Both the position numbers and the translations under genes were made by a program. A DNA stretch of 64,000 nt, from assembly GCA_903892355.1 (NCBI GenBank), contig CAITIE010000090.1, positions 109,604-173,603 on the forward strand, in the 5' to 3' direction. This document shows positions 1 to 8,733 of this stretch, piece after piece; within the stretch, counting starts at the first letter, position 1, and the number at the start of each line of letters is the position of its first letter. This DNA comes from an uncultured Pirellula sp. (GTDB taxonomy: Bacteria > Planctomycetota > Planctomycetia > Pirellulales > Pirellulaceae). The notes under the pieces are model-generated. The model did not search any database. It was given only the letters and a program-made list of their open reading frames with translations, and had not been told where the DNA came from.

Positions 1-813
1 GAATTGTCGATCAACGCGCAAGCGATCTCAGAGCGTCAGTTGAAGGTGTACGAATCGCGATTGAAGTTCCGAGACACGGCCTTCAAGCTCGCGATATTCC
101 TGCGCGACGAGGCGGGCAGCCCGATGCTTGCCAACCCCGATTGGTTGCCGAGCGATTTTCCGCGGTTGATCGAACTGCCCCCCCAGAATTTCGAAGAAGA
201 GTTTGCAGGAGCGCAAGAGCGACGGCCTGAACTCGCTCTCTTGAATATCGAGATTCAAAAGCTCCGCTGGGATGTGCAACTCGCACAAAATCAAATGCTG
301 CCGAACGTCGATTTCACGGTACGTGGTATCCAGAACGTAGGATCGCCCGCGACCATCATCGACGACAAGGGTGAGTTCATTCTCGAGTCGGGGTTGGTAG
401 GTGGTGTTCCTATTCAGCGTCGTAAGGCGCGAGGTAAAATCGAAAGCACGCTGGCAAAGATTCAGCAGGTAGAGCAAAAGCGTTGGTTGCAGCTGAACAA
501 GATTGAAGTCGATTTGCGGGCCGCTCGAAATGCGGTGGATATCTCGCGGGACATGGTGATTCGATCGGAGCAATTGCTTCGCGAGACCCAGCAGACGCTC
601 GAGTATTTCCGAAAGGACTTTGCGGCAGGCAATCGGGATTTTATCTTCTTGTTGGGACAAGAAGCCAAGGCGACCGAAGCTGAAATCAAGCTGCTCGATT
701 CCGAGCGGGATTACTTCATTGCACTTTCGTCGTTGCAAGTTACTCTCGGTTTGGATCCGCTTGAGCAGTCGCTCAACCTTGATACGCTCGCGCAGCAACC
801 GGAATCGAAATAG
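1..813 (+). CDS. TolC-family outer-membrane efflux protein, C-terminal part (5' end lies outside the window)
   Basis: The reading frame is open to the window edge. The sequence has the style of the second repeat of OEP/TolC proteins (LNIEIQKLRWDVQLAQNQMLPNVDF, YFIALSSLQVTLGLDP). Motif recognition only. Confidence 0.55.
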   Translation, partial: ELSINAQAISERQLKVYESRLKFRDTAFKLAIFLRDEAGSPMLANPDWLPSDFPRLIELPPQNFEEEFAGAQERRPELALLNIEIQKLRWDVQLAQNQMLPNVDFTVRGIQNVGSPATIIDDKGEFILESGLVGGVPIQRRKARGKIESTLAKIQQVEQKRWLQLNKIEVDLRAARNAVDISRDMVIRSEQLLRETQQTLEYFRKDFAAGNRDFIFLLGQEAKATEAEIKLLDSERDYFIALSSLQVTLGLDPLEQSLNLDTLAQQPESK

Positions 814-876
814 CTTTGTTGTTTGAGTAATCGCTGGTCGTCGAACTCAGAATCATTCCGGATGATTCATAGTATC

Positions 877-3210
877 TCAGGATATTTGTCGCAGCAGCCG
901 CAATGCAGTTTCCGCCGCTACCTCGGGTACCAATGCGGTGGTTGCGATCCCTGAGACCACTTTGGTGATGTTATGGTCGACCTTAGACGGGATGCTCCAT
1001 ACCTCGCTCTCGGCGGATGTCAGATAAATCGACAACGTGCGATGACCGCTACCAGGACGTTCTCCAATGACATGCACAATATTGAGTCGCTTGGCGTTTG
1101 ATGGTTTCTGGGGTATTGCAGTGGTAACCGTCTGTTCCGTTTGGTGCGCGACACTTCGATGCTTGAACATCGTTTCGCCGATGCGGTATCCTGCACGCAC
1201 TCGTCCCGATCGTACGACCAGCGTTTCCTCGGCGACACGATAACCGCCGTCGGTGAGTTCCTTTCGGAGGGCTGCGATCAAACGCGAGGATTGCTCGTCA
1301 GTGGTGGAGGCCAGCGCATTGAGGCCATCCGAGAGTACGATCACGGTATCGATGCGATCCTGGTACTGGTTTGATAACTGCGAGAGTTTGCTAGCCGACT
1401 CCTCAGAGAGTTCCTCGCCACCGCTGGGGTGGAGGATGTAATCGTTGCGATCGATGGAACGGGTCGTGATGGGGACTGCATTGGGTAGGTGCGATTCGAA
1501 GTTCGCGGGAAGTTCCGCCCAGATGCACTTCTTCGCGTCGTCGTAAATCCGGTGGACATGCTCGTCGAGATCCACGGGTAGTTTCGAATAATTCTTACCG
1601 TAACGCTCTGATAGAAAGACCCCGCGGGCGCGAACACGAGCGATTGCGGCTTGGCCATCCGCTCGGATCTCAACGTCCGATCGCGTATCTCCGAGAGCAC
1701 GCAGGTACGCTTGATACACCCAAATTGGATCGCCGAAATGTTCGGTGGGTTTTCCGTCGTGGTCGATGACTCCCAAGCGTTGAAAAAAGGTCCACATCGC
1801 GTCGTTCACCTGATAGCCAAAGGATTCTCGGACATGGACGTGGTCGTGATATCCGGTCGTGAGATAGCCGAGCATTGGATCGATGCGGGTGGGGAGGGCC
1901 ATCAAATAACCGGGGTTGGCGGGCATGATTTGATCGATGCACCAGCCCAGGTCGTCGAGCGAGACATCCATATGGAGCGTAGTGCAGATATCGAGTCCGA
2001 TCATCAATCCATGTAGCTTGCTCATCACGATGTCTTCGAGGCAGCATCGGACGAGTTGCTCCTTGGTTCGAAAAACTTCGGGGCCGATGAACCCTGCGAC
2101 ATCGTTCACGTGGACCCAAGCATACGAACCGAGACCCGCTCGCTGTCGGGCTTTCGTGACGACAGCGGTCAACGCGCGCGCCAAACCGTACTTGCGGGAT
2201 TCATGGATCACCATATCGGTTCCATGACCATGTCCATTGGTAAAATCGGCTCCTTGACCGGTCTCGAAGTAAAGGGCAAAGGGGCCGAGGCGATTCTCTG
2301 AGTGGCGGATCATTTTTTCCAGCGTGACATCAAACGTTCCATTCGCCGTGTCGGATCCGGCAATGCTTTGGAACCAGAGGGCCGTGGAGCCTGGATCGTT
2401 TTTCTCCACTTCGGCTTGGACGTCGATATGTGCGAGCACGCAGTACGGAAGAATGTCTGAGATTCCAAAAGCTCGAACGATCTCCTTCAAGGTTTTCTCG
2501 ACGGTGGCGACTGACGATGGTTCGCTGGATACGGGGTTGGTCCCGATCAGGACGTCACCCACCCCATACGCGAACGCATCGAGGACTTGCCAAAGGATAT
2601 CTTCGGGATCATCGGTTGGAGAATTGGGTTGGATGCGAGCTCCCATGTATCCTTTAGCACCCAATTTAGTACCTGGGAGCGGGTTGAAGACTTTGGCACC
2701 GACGATTCGCAGTTCGTTATCGCTCATCAGTTTGGTGACGCATGCGATCACGTCGCTCGAGAGGCCTGGGCGAATCCGATGGATATCGCTTTCGGGTTTA
2801 TCCAGCAAAAACGATTTCAGCTGTCCCAAGGTCATCGAGTTGATCGATGTCGCTACGGATGGTGATAGTGAACTCTGGATCCAATCCAGCATGTTGTCGT
2901 GAAACGGAGGATGAGCGTCGATCTGTGCAACGGTTGTTCGCCCGAGCAATTCCCTGGCCCAGAGCCGTTCCTGTTCGGATTGGGCAGCAACACCGAGGCT
3001 GGCGTCTCCTTCCTTGGGAGTGTTGGCGGCACCGAGCATTCGGCAATAGAGTGTTGGGTCCCAACCGTTGGAGCAGCGGTGAACCCAATCGATGAGATTT
3101 TCTTCGTTGTTCGGTGGTAAACCGTCGTTCGCCTGATTTCTCAACGAGGGGATGGCCGCGAGCACAGCGCCGTTGGCACCAGCAGCTAGAAATTTGCGTC
3201 GGCCCAGCAT
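877..3210 (-). CDS. Fused ethanolamine ammonia-lyase large+small subunit (EutB-EutC) with an N-terminal twin-arginine signal
   Basis: 777-aa ORF with ATG at 3210. The N-terminus MLGRRKFLAAGANGAVLAAIPSL carries an RRxFL Tat motif followed by a hydrophobic region. The core is EutB-like (LAHIDVQAEV, FQSIAGS, YFETGQGADFTNGHGHGTDMVIHESRKYGLAR, GFIGPEVF). The C-terminus is EutC-like (VIVLSDGLNALA, VHVIGERPGSG). Confidence 0.8.
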   Translation of the reverse strand: MLGRRKFLAAGANGAVLAAIPSLRNQANDGLPPNNEENLIDWVHRCSNGWDPTLYCRMLGAANTPKEGDASLGVAAQSEQERLWARELLGRTTVAQIDAHPPFHDNMLDWIQSSLSPSVATSINSMTLGQLKSFLLDKPESDIHRIRPGLSSDVIACVTKLMSDNELRIVGAKVFNPLPGTKLGAKGYMGARIQPNSPTDDPEDILWQVLDAFAYGVGDVLIGTNPVSSEPSSVATVEKTLKEIVRAFGISDILPYCVLAHIDVQAEVEKNDPGSTALWFQSIAGSDTANGTFDVTLEKMIRHSENRLGPFALYFETGQGADFTNGHGHGTDMVIHESRKYGLARALTAVVTKARQRAGLGSYAWVHVNDVAGFIGPEVFRTKEQLVRCCLEDIVMSKLHGLMIGLDICTTLHMDVSLDDLGWCIDQIMPANPGYLMALPTRIDPMLGYLTTGYHDHVHVRESFGYQVNDAMWTFFQRLGVIDHDGKPTEHFGDPIWVYQAYLRALGDTRSDVEIRADGQAAIARVRARGVFLSERYGKNYSKLPVDLDEHVHRIYDDAKKCIWAELPANFESHLPNAVPITTRSIDRNDYILHPSGGEELSEESASKLSQLSNQYQDRIDTVIVLSDGLNALASTTDEQSSRLIAALRKELTDGGYRVAEETLVVRSGRVRAGYRIGETMFKHRSVAHQTEQTVTTAIPQKPSNAKRLNIVHVIGERPGSGHRTLSIYLTSAESEVWSIPSKVDHNITKVVSGIATTALVPEVAAETALRLLRQIS

Positions 3211-3244
3211 AGGTACACCTTTTCGTTTCGCCCGTTTAGGCGGA

Positions 3245-4798
3245 TCATTTTGCCGATTCAGGCGGGATCAATTCAAGGCAAAGGAGTTTGTCGCTTCCGC
3301 GAATGTAAAGCAAACCGTGCGATAGCACCGGTGGGGCCCAACTGGGCGGATTGACCAGTGGTTGACCGTCGTTCGGATCGATGATCGAACCGAGATCCAT
3401 CTCGGTGGTCACTTGATACGATTCTGCGGCCGTCGGAATCAATTGTAGTTTTCCGGTTTCACCGAGCCACAAAAAATGGGAATCGACGATCAACGCCGTT
3501 CCGCGGTCGCGATTGCGCTGGCTCCATCGAAGTTTTGGGCGATTGGTCCCTTCGAGTTGCAGGGCTCTCAGGTCCGTGTCAGGTTGGTTTCGACCGCTGC
3601 TGGCGAAGAGTGTGTTTCCATCGAGAAGCGGAGTGTTCCAGTGCGTTCGCATGCTTTGGCTGCTGCGAGTGCCGCTGTCCCGCCACAGTTCCTCAAGTTT
3701 TCCATCGCGCCATTGGAGCATAGCGCTTCCGATTTCGTAGGCTTCGGAGATGAAAATTTTCCCGTCGAATACCAAGGGAGATGCCGCGTTGACGCTCTCC
3801 AGCATGTCTGCTCGCCAGGGAAAAAACTGCTCTCCGGACCCATCGATCGCACGGAACACGAGCACCCCTTCTCGGACCAGAGCGACACAATGATCCACTC
3901 CATCGAGTTTGGCGATCACCGGTGCAGAGTAGCTCGCCAAATAGTTTCCAACGCGATAGACCTCGTTCCCTGTTCGCTTATCGAAGGCGACGATCGCGGA
4001 TCCGTCTGGGGATGCTCCCGGCAAATCATTCACTGTAGGTGAGCGAGAAAAAGCGGATCGCTTGGGGCTGCCGCCGACCATCGCTAGGATGAAGTCACCG
4101 TAGATTACCGGGGATGCACCCACCCCGAAGAAATTGGGGACAACGCGATACTCCGTGTTGATATCTCGAGACCAAACCGGCTTTCCGTCGAGGATGCGCA
4201 CGCATGACAATCTCCCCGCGACGCCGTAGGTGTAAACATACTCACCGTCGACGACGGGACTGCATCGTGGACCATTGTTGTAACCGTAAGGATCTCGGTA
4301 TTCGACGAGAGCGTCCCATGACCATAGAGGCTCTCCGGTCTCGGCGCGGTAGCAATTTAGACGTTCGACAGCTCCAAATCGGTCGAACTGAAACCATCGT
4401 CCTTTGGAAGTGACGCCGTTACCGTAGCCTATGCCTGTGGGTTTGGACCAAACCAGAGGTAGCCCTTTTGGTCCCCATTGCGTTCGAATCCCTTTTTCAG
4501 AACTTCGAGAATCGAAGTGAACCCCGAGCATGCGAGGCCAGTCTTCTCCTTGTTTGCGCGTCCAAATGGACTCCACGGTTTCGGCGGGTGTCCCAGCGGT
4601 TTGCTGTCCGGCGTCAGAATCTGCAGCGGTGGTTTTCGTCGAGGTTGTTTTATGATTGGCTGTGGTGCCAGAGGATGTATTCTCAGTCGCTATTGAAGTG
4701 TTGGTATTGGTCGGCTCTTTGGCGCTGCAGCAGGTGGAAGCAATCGCCAGCAGAATCACCCCCCAGCATACGCGTTGGGTTCGCGGTCGATCACGCAC
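3245..4798 (-). CDS. Exported PQQ-like/BamB-like beta-propeller repeat protein
   Basis: I place the start at GTG 4798, preceded by GGAGG 5 nt upstream. This gives MRDRPRTQRVCWGVILLAIASTCCSA, a signal-like N-terminus. A Thr/Ser-rich linker follows, then repeated W/G-rich propeller blades (PLWSWD, KPVWSRD, VYTYGVAGRL). The gene ends 34 nt upstream of the EutBC gene on the same strand. Confidence 0.65.
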   Translation of the reverse strand: MRDRPRTQRVCWGVILLAIASTCCSAKEPTNTNTSIATENTSSGTTANHKTTSTKTTAADSDAGQQTAGTPAETVESIWTRKQGEDWPRMLGVHFDSRSSEKGIRTQWGPKGLPLVWSKPTGIGYGNGVTSKGRWFQFDRFGAVERLNCYRAETGEPLWSWDALVEYRDPYGYNNGPRCSPVVDGEYVYTYGVAGRLSCVRILDGKPVWSRDINTEYRVVPNFFGVGASPVIYGDFILAMVGGSPKRSAFSRSPTVNDLPGASPDGSAIVAFDKRTGNEVYRVGNYLASYSAPVIAKLDGVDHCVALVREGVLVFRAIDGSGEQFFPWRADMLESVNAASPLVFDGKIFISEAYEIGSAMLQWRDGKLEELWRDSGTRSSQSMRTHWNTPLLDGNTLFASSGRNQPDTDLRALQLEGTNRPKLRWSQRNRDRGTALIVDSHFLWLGETGKLQLIPTAAESYQVTTEMDLGSIIDPNDGQPLVNPPSWAPPVLSHGLLYIRGSDKLLCLELIPPESAK

Positions 4799-4931
4799 AG
4801 CTACCTCCGATGCCTGGCCTAGAAAGCCGAGCGACTGGTCCCCAAGAATATCGAAAGTATGAACCCGCACGTGCCGGTAAAACGACGTTCCCGTTCTCGC
4901 CTCACCACGCATCTCAAGGTACCTTAGTGTT

Positions 4932-5357
4932 ATGGAAGATTTACCGATTCAATCCTATTTGACGATCCCAGCGGCGGAACTGCAAGCAGTGTTTGCGCGG
5001 AGTGGCGGTCCGGGTGGCCAAAACGTCAACAAAGTCAATTCTAAGGTAACTCTCTGTTGGGATTTGAATCAGACGCAGGTTCTCAATCCGACGACGTTGG
5101 TCCGCCTGAAGGCCTTGGCAGCGAGCCGCATTACCGATGAGGGGATTTTAAAGATCACCTGCCAAGTCCATCGGGAGCAGCCCAGGAATATGCAGGCGTG
5201 TCGCGAATTATTGCGTTCGCTGGTGGTGGAAGCGATGAAGCCGGTGATTCCTCGCAAGCCTACCAAGCCATCGGCGGGGGCGCGGCGTCGGAGGTTGGCA
5301 GAAAAGAAAATCACGGGCGAGCGAAAACGAGGGCGATCGGAGAAATGGGATGGATGA
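4932..5357 (+). CDS. arfB: Alternative ribosome-rescue factor / peptidyl-tRNA hydrolase ArfB
   Basis: 141 aa with a GGQ motif (SGGPGGQNVNKVNSKV) and a basic C-terminal tail (RRRRLAEKKITGERKRGR), the ArfB/YaeJ architecture. Confidence 0.85.
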   Translation: MEDLPIQSYLTIPAAELQAVFARSGGPGGQNVNKVNSKVTLCWDLNQTQVLNPTTLVRLKALAASRITDEGILKITCQVHREQPRNMQACRELLRSLVVEAMKPVIPRKPTKPSAGARRRRLAEKKITGERKRGRSEKWDG

Positions 5358-5387
5358 ATTGGGATGGCTTCCCGACCGCGGCTGACT

Positions 5388-7211
5388 CTACGCCATTTTC
5401 TTGATGTCGGCCTTCATGGTGCCGATCCGGTCGCTGACCAATTTCAACGTCGATTCCAGGGAGCCCGATTCGGAAATCGCTTCATGTCCGAAGAGGTAAA
5501 ACTTGATCTTCGGTTCGGTGCCTGATGGTCTCACGGCGATCGCGTTCCCAGAAGGTGTTGCCGACCCGGGATAGCCGAGGTCGAGAATGAGCATGTTGCT
5601 GCTCGGAGCATTGAGCGGCTCGACCGTACCGTCCGGTTTGCGGCGGGTCAGTTTTCCATAGTCGCGGACTGCGACGACGGGGAGTCCGGCGATGGAAGAG
5701 GGTGGTGCATCGCGGAGGGCTTGCATCAATTTCTTCATGTTGGCCATCCCTTCGCTCCCTTCCATTTGCACATTGATCAGATCTTCCAGATAGACACCAT
5801 GCTCTTGGAGCAATTCGGAGAGGCGTTGGTGGAGCGTTAATCCGCGATCTTTTAGGTCCGCGGCCAGTTGGGCCATGAGAAGGCATGCGACGGCGCCATC
5901 TTTGTCGCGGGCATACTGTCCGATGAGGTAACCATGCGATTCCTCGGTGCCGAACAAGAAATCATCGGGACCGCATTCATCCATGAGCCCAGCAATCCAT
6001 TTGAAACCGACATGGATGTTCCCTTCGCATCGAACACCGTAAGACTCGGCGATTTTGCGTGTCAGTTCGCTGGTGACCAAGGTTTTGATGACGTAACCAT
6101 TTGCCGGCAAATCGCCGACTTGTTTGCGTTTCGACAACACAAAATCGGTGAGGAGAGCACCGAGTTGATTGCCATTGAGGGTCGCCCATGGGCTGTTTGG
6201 GGCGGCTGTTAGGGGGCATGAGCAGCCCATTCGGTCGCAATCGGGATCGGTGGCTAAGACGATATCGCCGCCGATGGATTTGGCGTAGTCAACGATCGCA
6301 TCGAATACGGCGGAGTTTTCTGGGTTGCTGACGTGACCAGGAACATTGGGGAAATCGCCATCCGGGGTGGAATGTGGGCCGTAGGCAATGACATGCTCGA
6401 ACCCGGCAGCCGAGAGCAAACTCGGGACGACAAAACCGCCGACGCCATGGAGCGGCGAGTAGACGATCTTGGCCGAGCGCGATCCAGGCCATGCGTATTC
6501 GAGAGCCGCATCGCGAAAGTCGACGTCGACTGCTTGGGTAACGATGGTGACGTTTTTCTGGACGAGGGCTGTCGCGAAGTCGACGCGGTGGATTTTCTCG
6601 ACGTTCATTACGCGATCGATGATGTTCGCATCATGCGGCGGTAGGACTTGGCCACCCGTCGACCAGTAGACCTTGACCGCGTTATCACTAGGCGGATTGT
6701 GCGACGCCGTTACCATGATGCCGCAGGTGCAGCCGTACTTGCGAACTGCATAGGAAAGTTGAGGAGTAGCGCGATAGTCATCGAGGAAATAGACGTGGAA
6801 CCCGTTGGCGATCATGATCGACGCGCAGAGTTCTGCGAAATGGCGAGAGCGATGTCGGGTGTCGTAAGCGATCGCGCATGAGAGGTTTTCGGGGCGATCT
6901 GTCTGAGAAAGGATGTAGTCCGCGAGCCCTTGGGCGCTTTCACCGATCGTGCGATCGTTGATCGCATTGGATCCGATGGGGTACATTCTGCCACGGCGTC
7001 CGCCAGTTCCGAACGGGATGATGGTCCAGTAAGCATCATCCAGCTTTTTCCAAGCCTTTTGCTCGATGTGGCTGAGGAGTTCTGGCAAGTACTCTTGGTA
7101 TCTGGCCTGCGTCAGCCAATTCGCAATGTTTTCCTTGGCCCCCTCCGTGATCAATCCCTCGTTCTGTGCCGCTGCAACGGCATCCATCGCCGATTGAATT
7201 CGTGAGTCCAT
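5388..7211 (-). CDS. Phospho-sugar mutase (phosphoglucomutase/phosphomannomutase family)
   Basis: Active-site loop TASHNPPSDNAVKVY and four-domain length. I place the start at ATG 7211 (MDSRIQSAMD) rather than the longest ORF start at 7283. Confidence 0.8.
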   Translation of the reverse strand: MDSRIQSAMDAVAAAQNEGLITEGAKENIANWLTQARYQEYLPELLSHIEQKAWKKLDDAYWTIIPFGTGGRRGRMYPIGSNAINDRTIGESAQGLADYILSQTDRPENLSCAIAYDTRHRSRHFAELCASIMIANGFHVYFLDDYRATPQLSYAVRKYGCTCGIMVTASHNPPSDNAVKVYWSTGGQVLPPHDANIIDRVMNVEKIHRVDFATALVQKNVTIVTQAVDVDFRDAALEYAWPGSRSAKIVYSPLHGVGGFVVPSLLSAAGFEHVIAYGPHSTPDGDFPNVPGHVSNPENSAVFDAIVDYAKSIGGDIVLATDPDCDRMGCSCPLTAAPNSPWATLNGNQLGALLTDFVLSKRKQVGDLPANGYVIKTLVTSELTRKIAESYGVRCEGNIHVGFKWIAGLMDECGPDDFLFGTEESHGYLIGQYARDKDGAVACLLMAQLAADLKDRGLTLHQRLSELLQEHGVYLEDLINVQMEGSEGMANMKKLMQALRDAPPSSIAGLPVVAVRDYGKLTRRKPDGTVEPLNAPSSNMLILDLGYPGSATPSGNAIAVRPSGTEPKIKFYLFGHEAISESGSLESTLKLVSDRIGTMKADIKKMA

Positions 7212-7506
7212 AGTCCGAGGGTACCGATTCTTTGTTTCGAGTTCTTTTTTGAGGGACGTTGATCGATGGACAGCATGGCGCAAATCCTGGATTGCGCCCG
7301 CGAGCGACTATCGAACAGCACATAGGATTTTAAGGTTTTATGCGTTTTGTGACAGACCGCCTATGCCTTCGCGACGGGGGTAGCAATCGCACTTTTGCAA
7401 TTACCGATTGGGAGTTCAATCACCGAATGGAGCAAATCGTTACGATGATGGGAGGTGGCGGTTGGAGGTGGCGGTTGCTCAGGTATTGGCCGAGGAGCCA
7501 GGCGAG

Positions 7507-8403
7507 ATGATTGTGAATGAAAAACCTATGAAATCCGCAGGAAGCGAAATGGAACCGGCGGCTTTGAGAATCCGAGGGCGTGTGCCTTGGATTCTACTCG
7601 CCGTCGGTCTCCTTTTGCCATCTGCGATCACTTGGGTTTACTTTGTCGCGTTGGCGGAGCAGTCATCGGGATTGCAACAACTTGCTTATGGACTTGGCAA
7701 AGGTGCCCAGTTTCTTCTACCGATCGTGGCTGTTGGGTTTTGGGGGGAGTGGAAGCGGGGAATGTTGCCGGCTGTTCCTGAGTCGGACGCAGGTAGGGAA
7801 TACGATGTGTCCGTGGGAGGAATCCGGCAGTCGACGAGAACAGGCCTTGTTGTTGGTACCAGCGATGGGGGTGAGCGAAAGGGGCGAGTTGCTAGTTTTC
7901 ACAGGGAATGGCTGATTGCGATCTTGCTCGGATGCGTCGTTTCGCTGGTGATGATGGTCCTTTATTTCGCGTTTCTGTTACCCGGAGGTGGGATGGAACA
8001 AGCCAAACAGGAGGGGATGGCCAAGCTCGAAGCGCTCGGGATTGGGTCCCCTGCAGCCTTGCTTCTGTTGGCTGCCTTTTATGCGTTTTTGCACTCGGGA
8101 TTCGAAGAGTTTTACTGGCGTGGGTTCGTGTTTCAGGGGCTAAGGCAATACAGCACGCTACCGGTGGCCGGAATCGTATCTAGTCTTGGATTTATGGCCC
8201 ATCACGTGTTGGTACTGGGGAAATTCTTTGGGTACGATTCTCCAGAAACCTACTTTTTTTCGATCTCTATCGCAGTGGGCGGAGGGGCATGGGCCTGGAT
8301 CGTGTCGCGGACCGGGTCTTTGGTTCCGTCGTGGATCAGTCACGGGATCATCGATGCAGCGATCTTTTTGATCGCCCTGCATCTTATTTTTTTCGCGAGT
8401 TGA
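7507..8403 (+). CDS. CPBP-family intramembrane glutamic endopeptidase (CAAX protease-like)
   Basis: Multi-pass membrane protein with an EEFYWRGF motif and a later HH/H motif (MAHHVL, SHGIID). The start at ATG 7507 is uncertain; the ORF opens at TTG 7408. Confidence 0.65.
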   Translation: MIVNEKPMKSAGSEMEPAALRIRGRVPWILLAVGLLLPSAITWVYFVALAEQSSGLQQLAYGLGKGAQFLLPIVAVGFWGEWKRGMLPAVPESDAGREYDVSVGGIRQSTRTGLVVGTSDGGERKGRVASFHREWLIAILLGCVVSLVMMVLYFAFLLPGGGMEQAKQEGMAKLEALGIGSPAALLLLAAFYAFLHSGFEEFYWRGFVFQGLRQYSTLPVAGIVSSLGFMAHHVLVLGKFFGYDSPETYFFSISIAVGGGAWAWIVSRTGSLVPSWISHGIIDAAIFLIALHLIFFAS

Positions 8404-8733
8404 GAATTTTTCTCGGACATCTGGTCTCGACGGCGCAGATTGGTAGAAAACCTGAAGATTTCAAGGATTATCGATGAGTCGGCCTCGAAAAGGCCACCGG
8501 TCGCTTGTGCGGTTTATGCCGATTGATCGCAATTGGCAAGCTCGGTGGAACTTTCCCAAAGTGAAGAGCATCGTAAGTCCCGGTCTGTTTTGTTGACAGT
8601 CCATACCCTCCAACTACGATGGAAATTGCTCGTCGCTGGTCTTTGGATCGTAATTCCCTTGTCAAATCTAAGGATTACGGGACCCTGCGGGTAAACATTT
8701 GAAATTCCTTTACGTTCCTCAATCGGGGATTCC

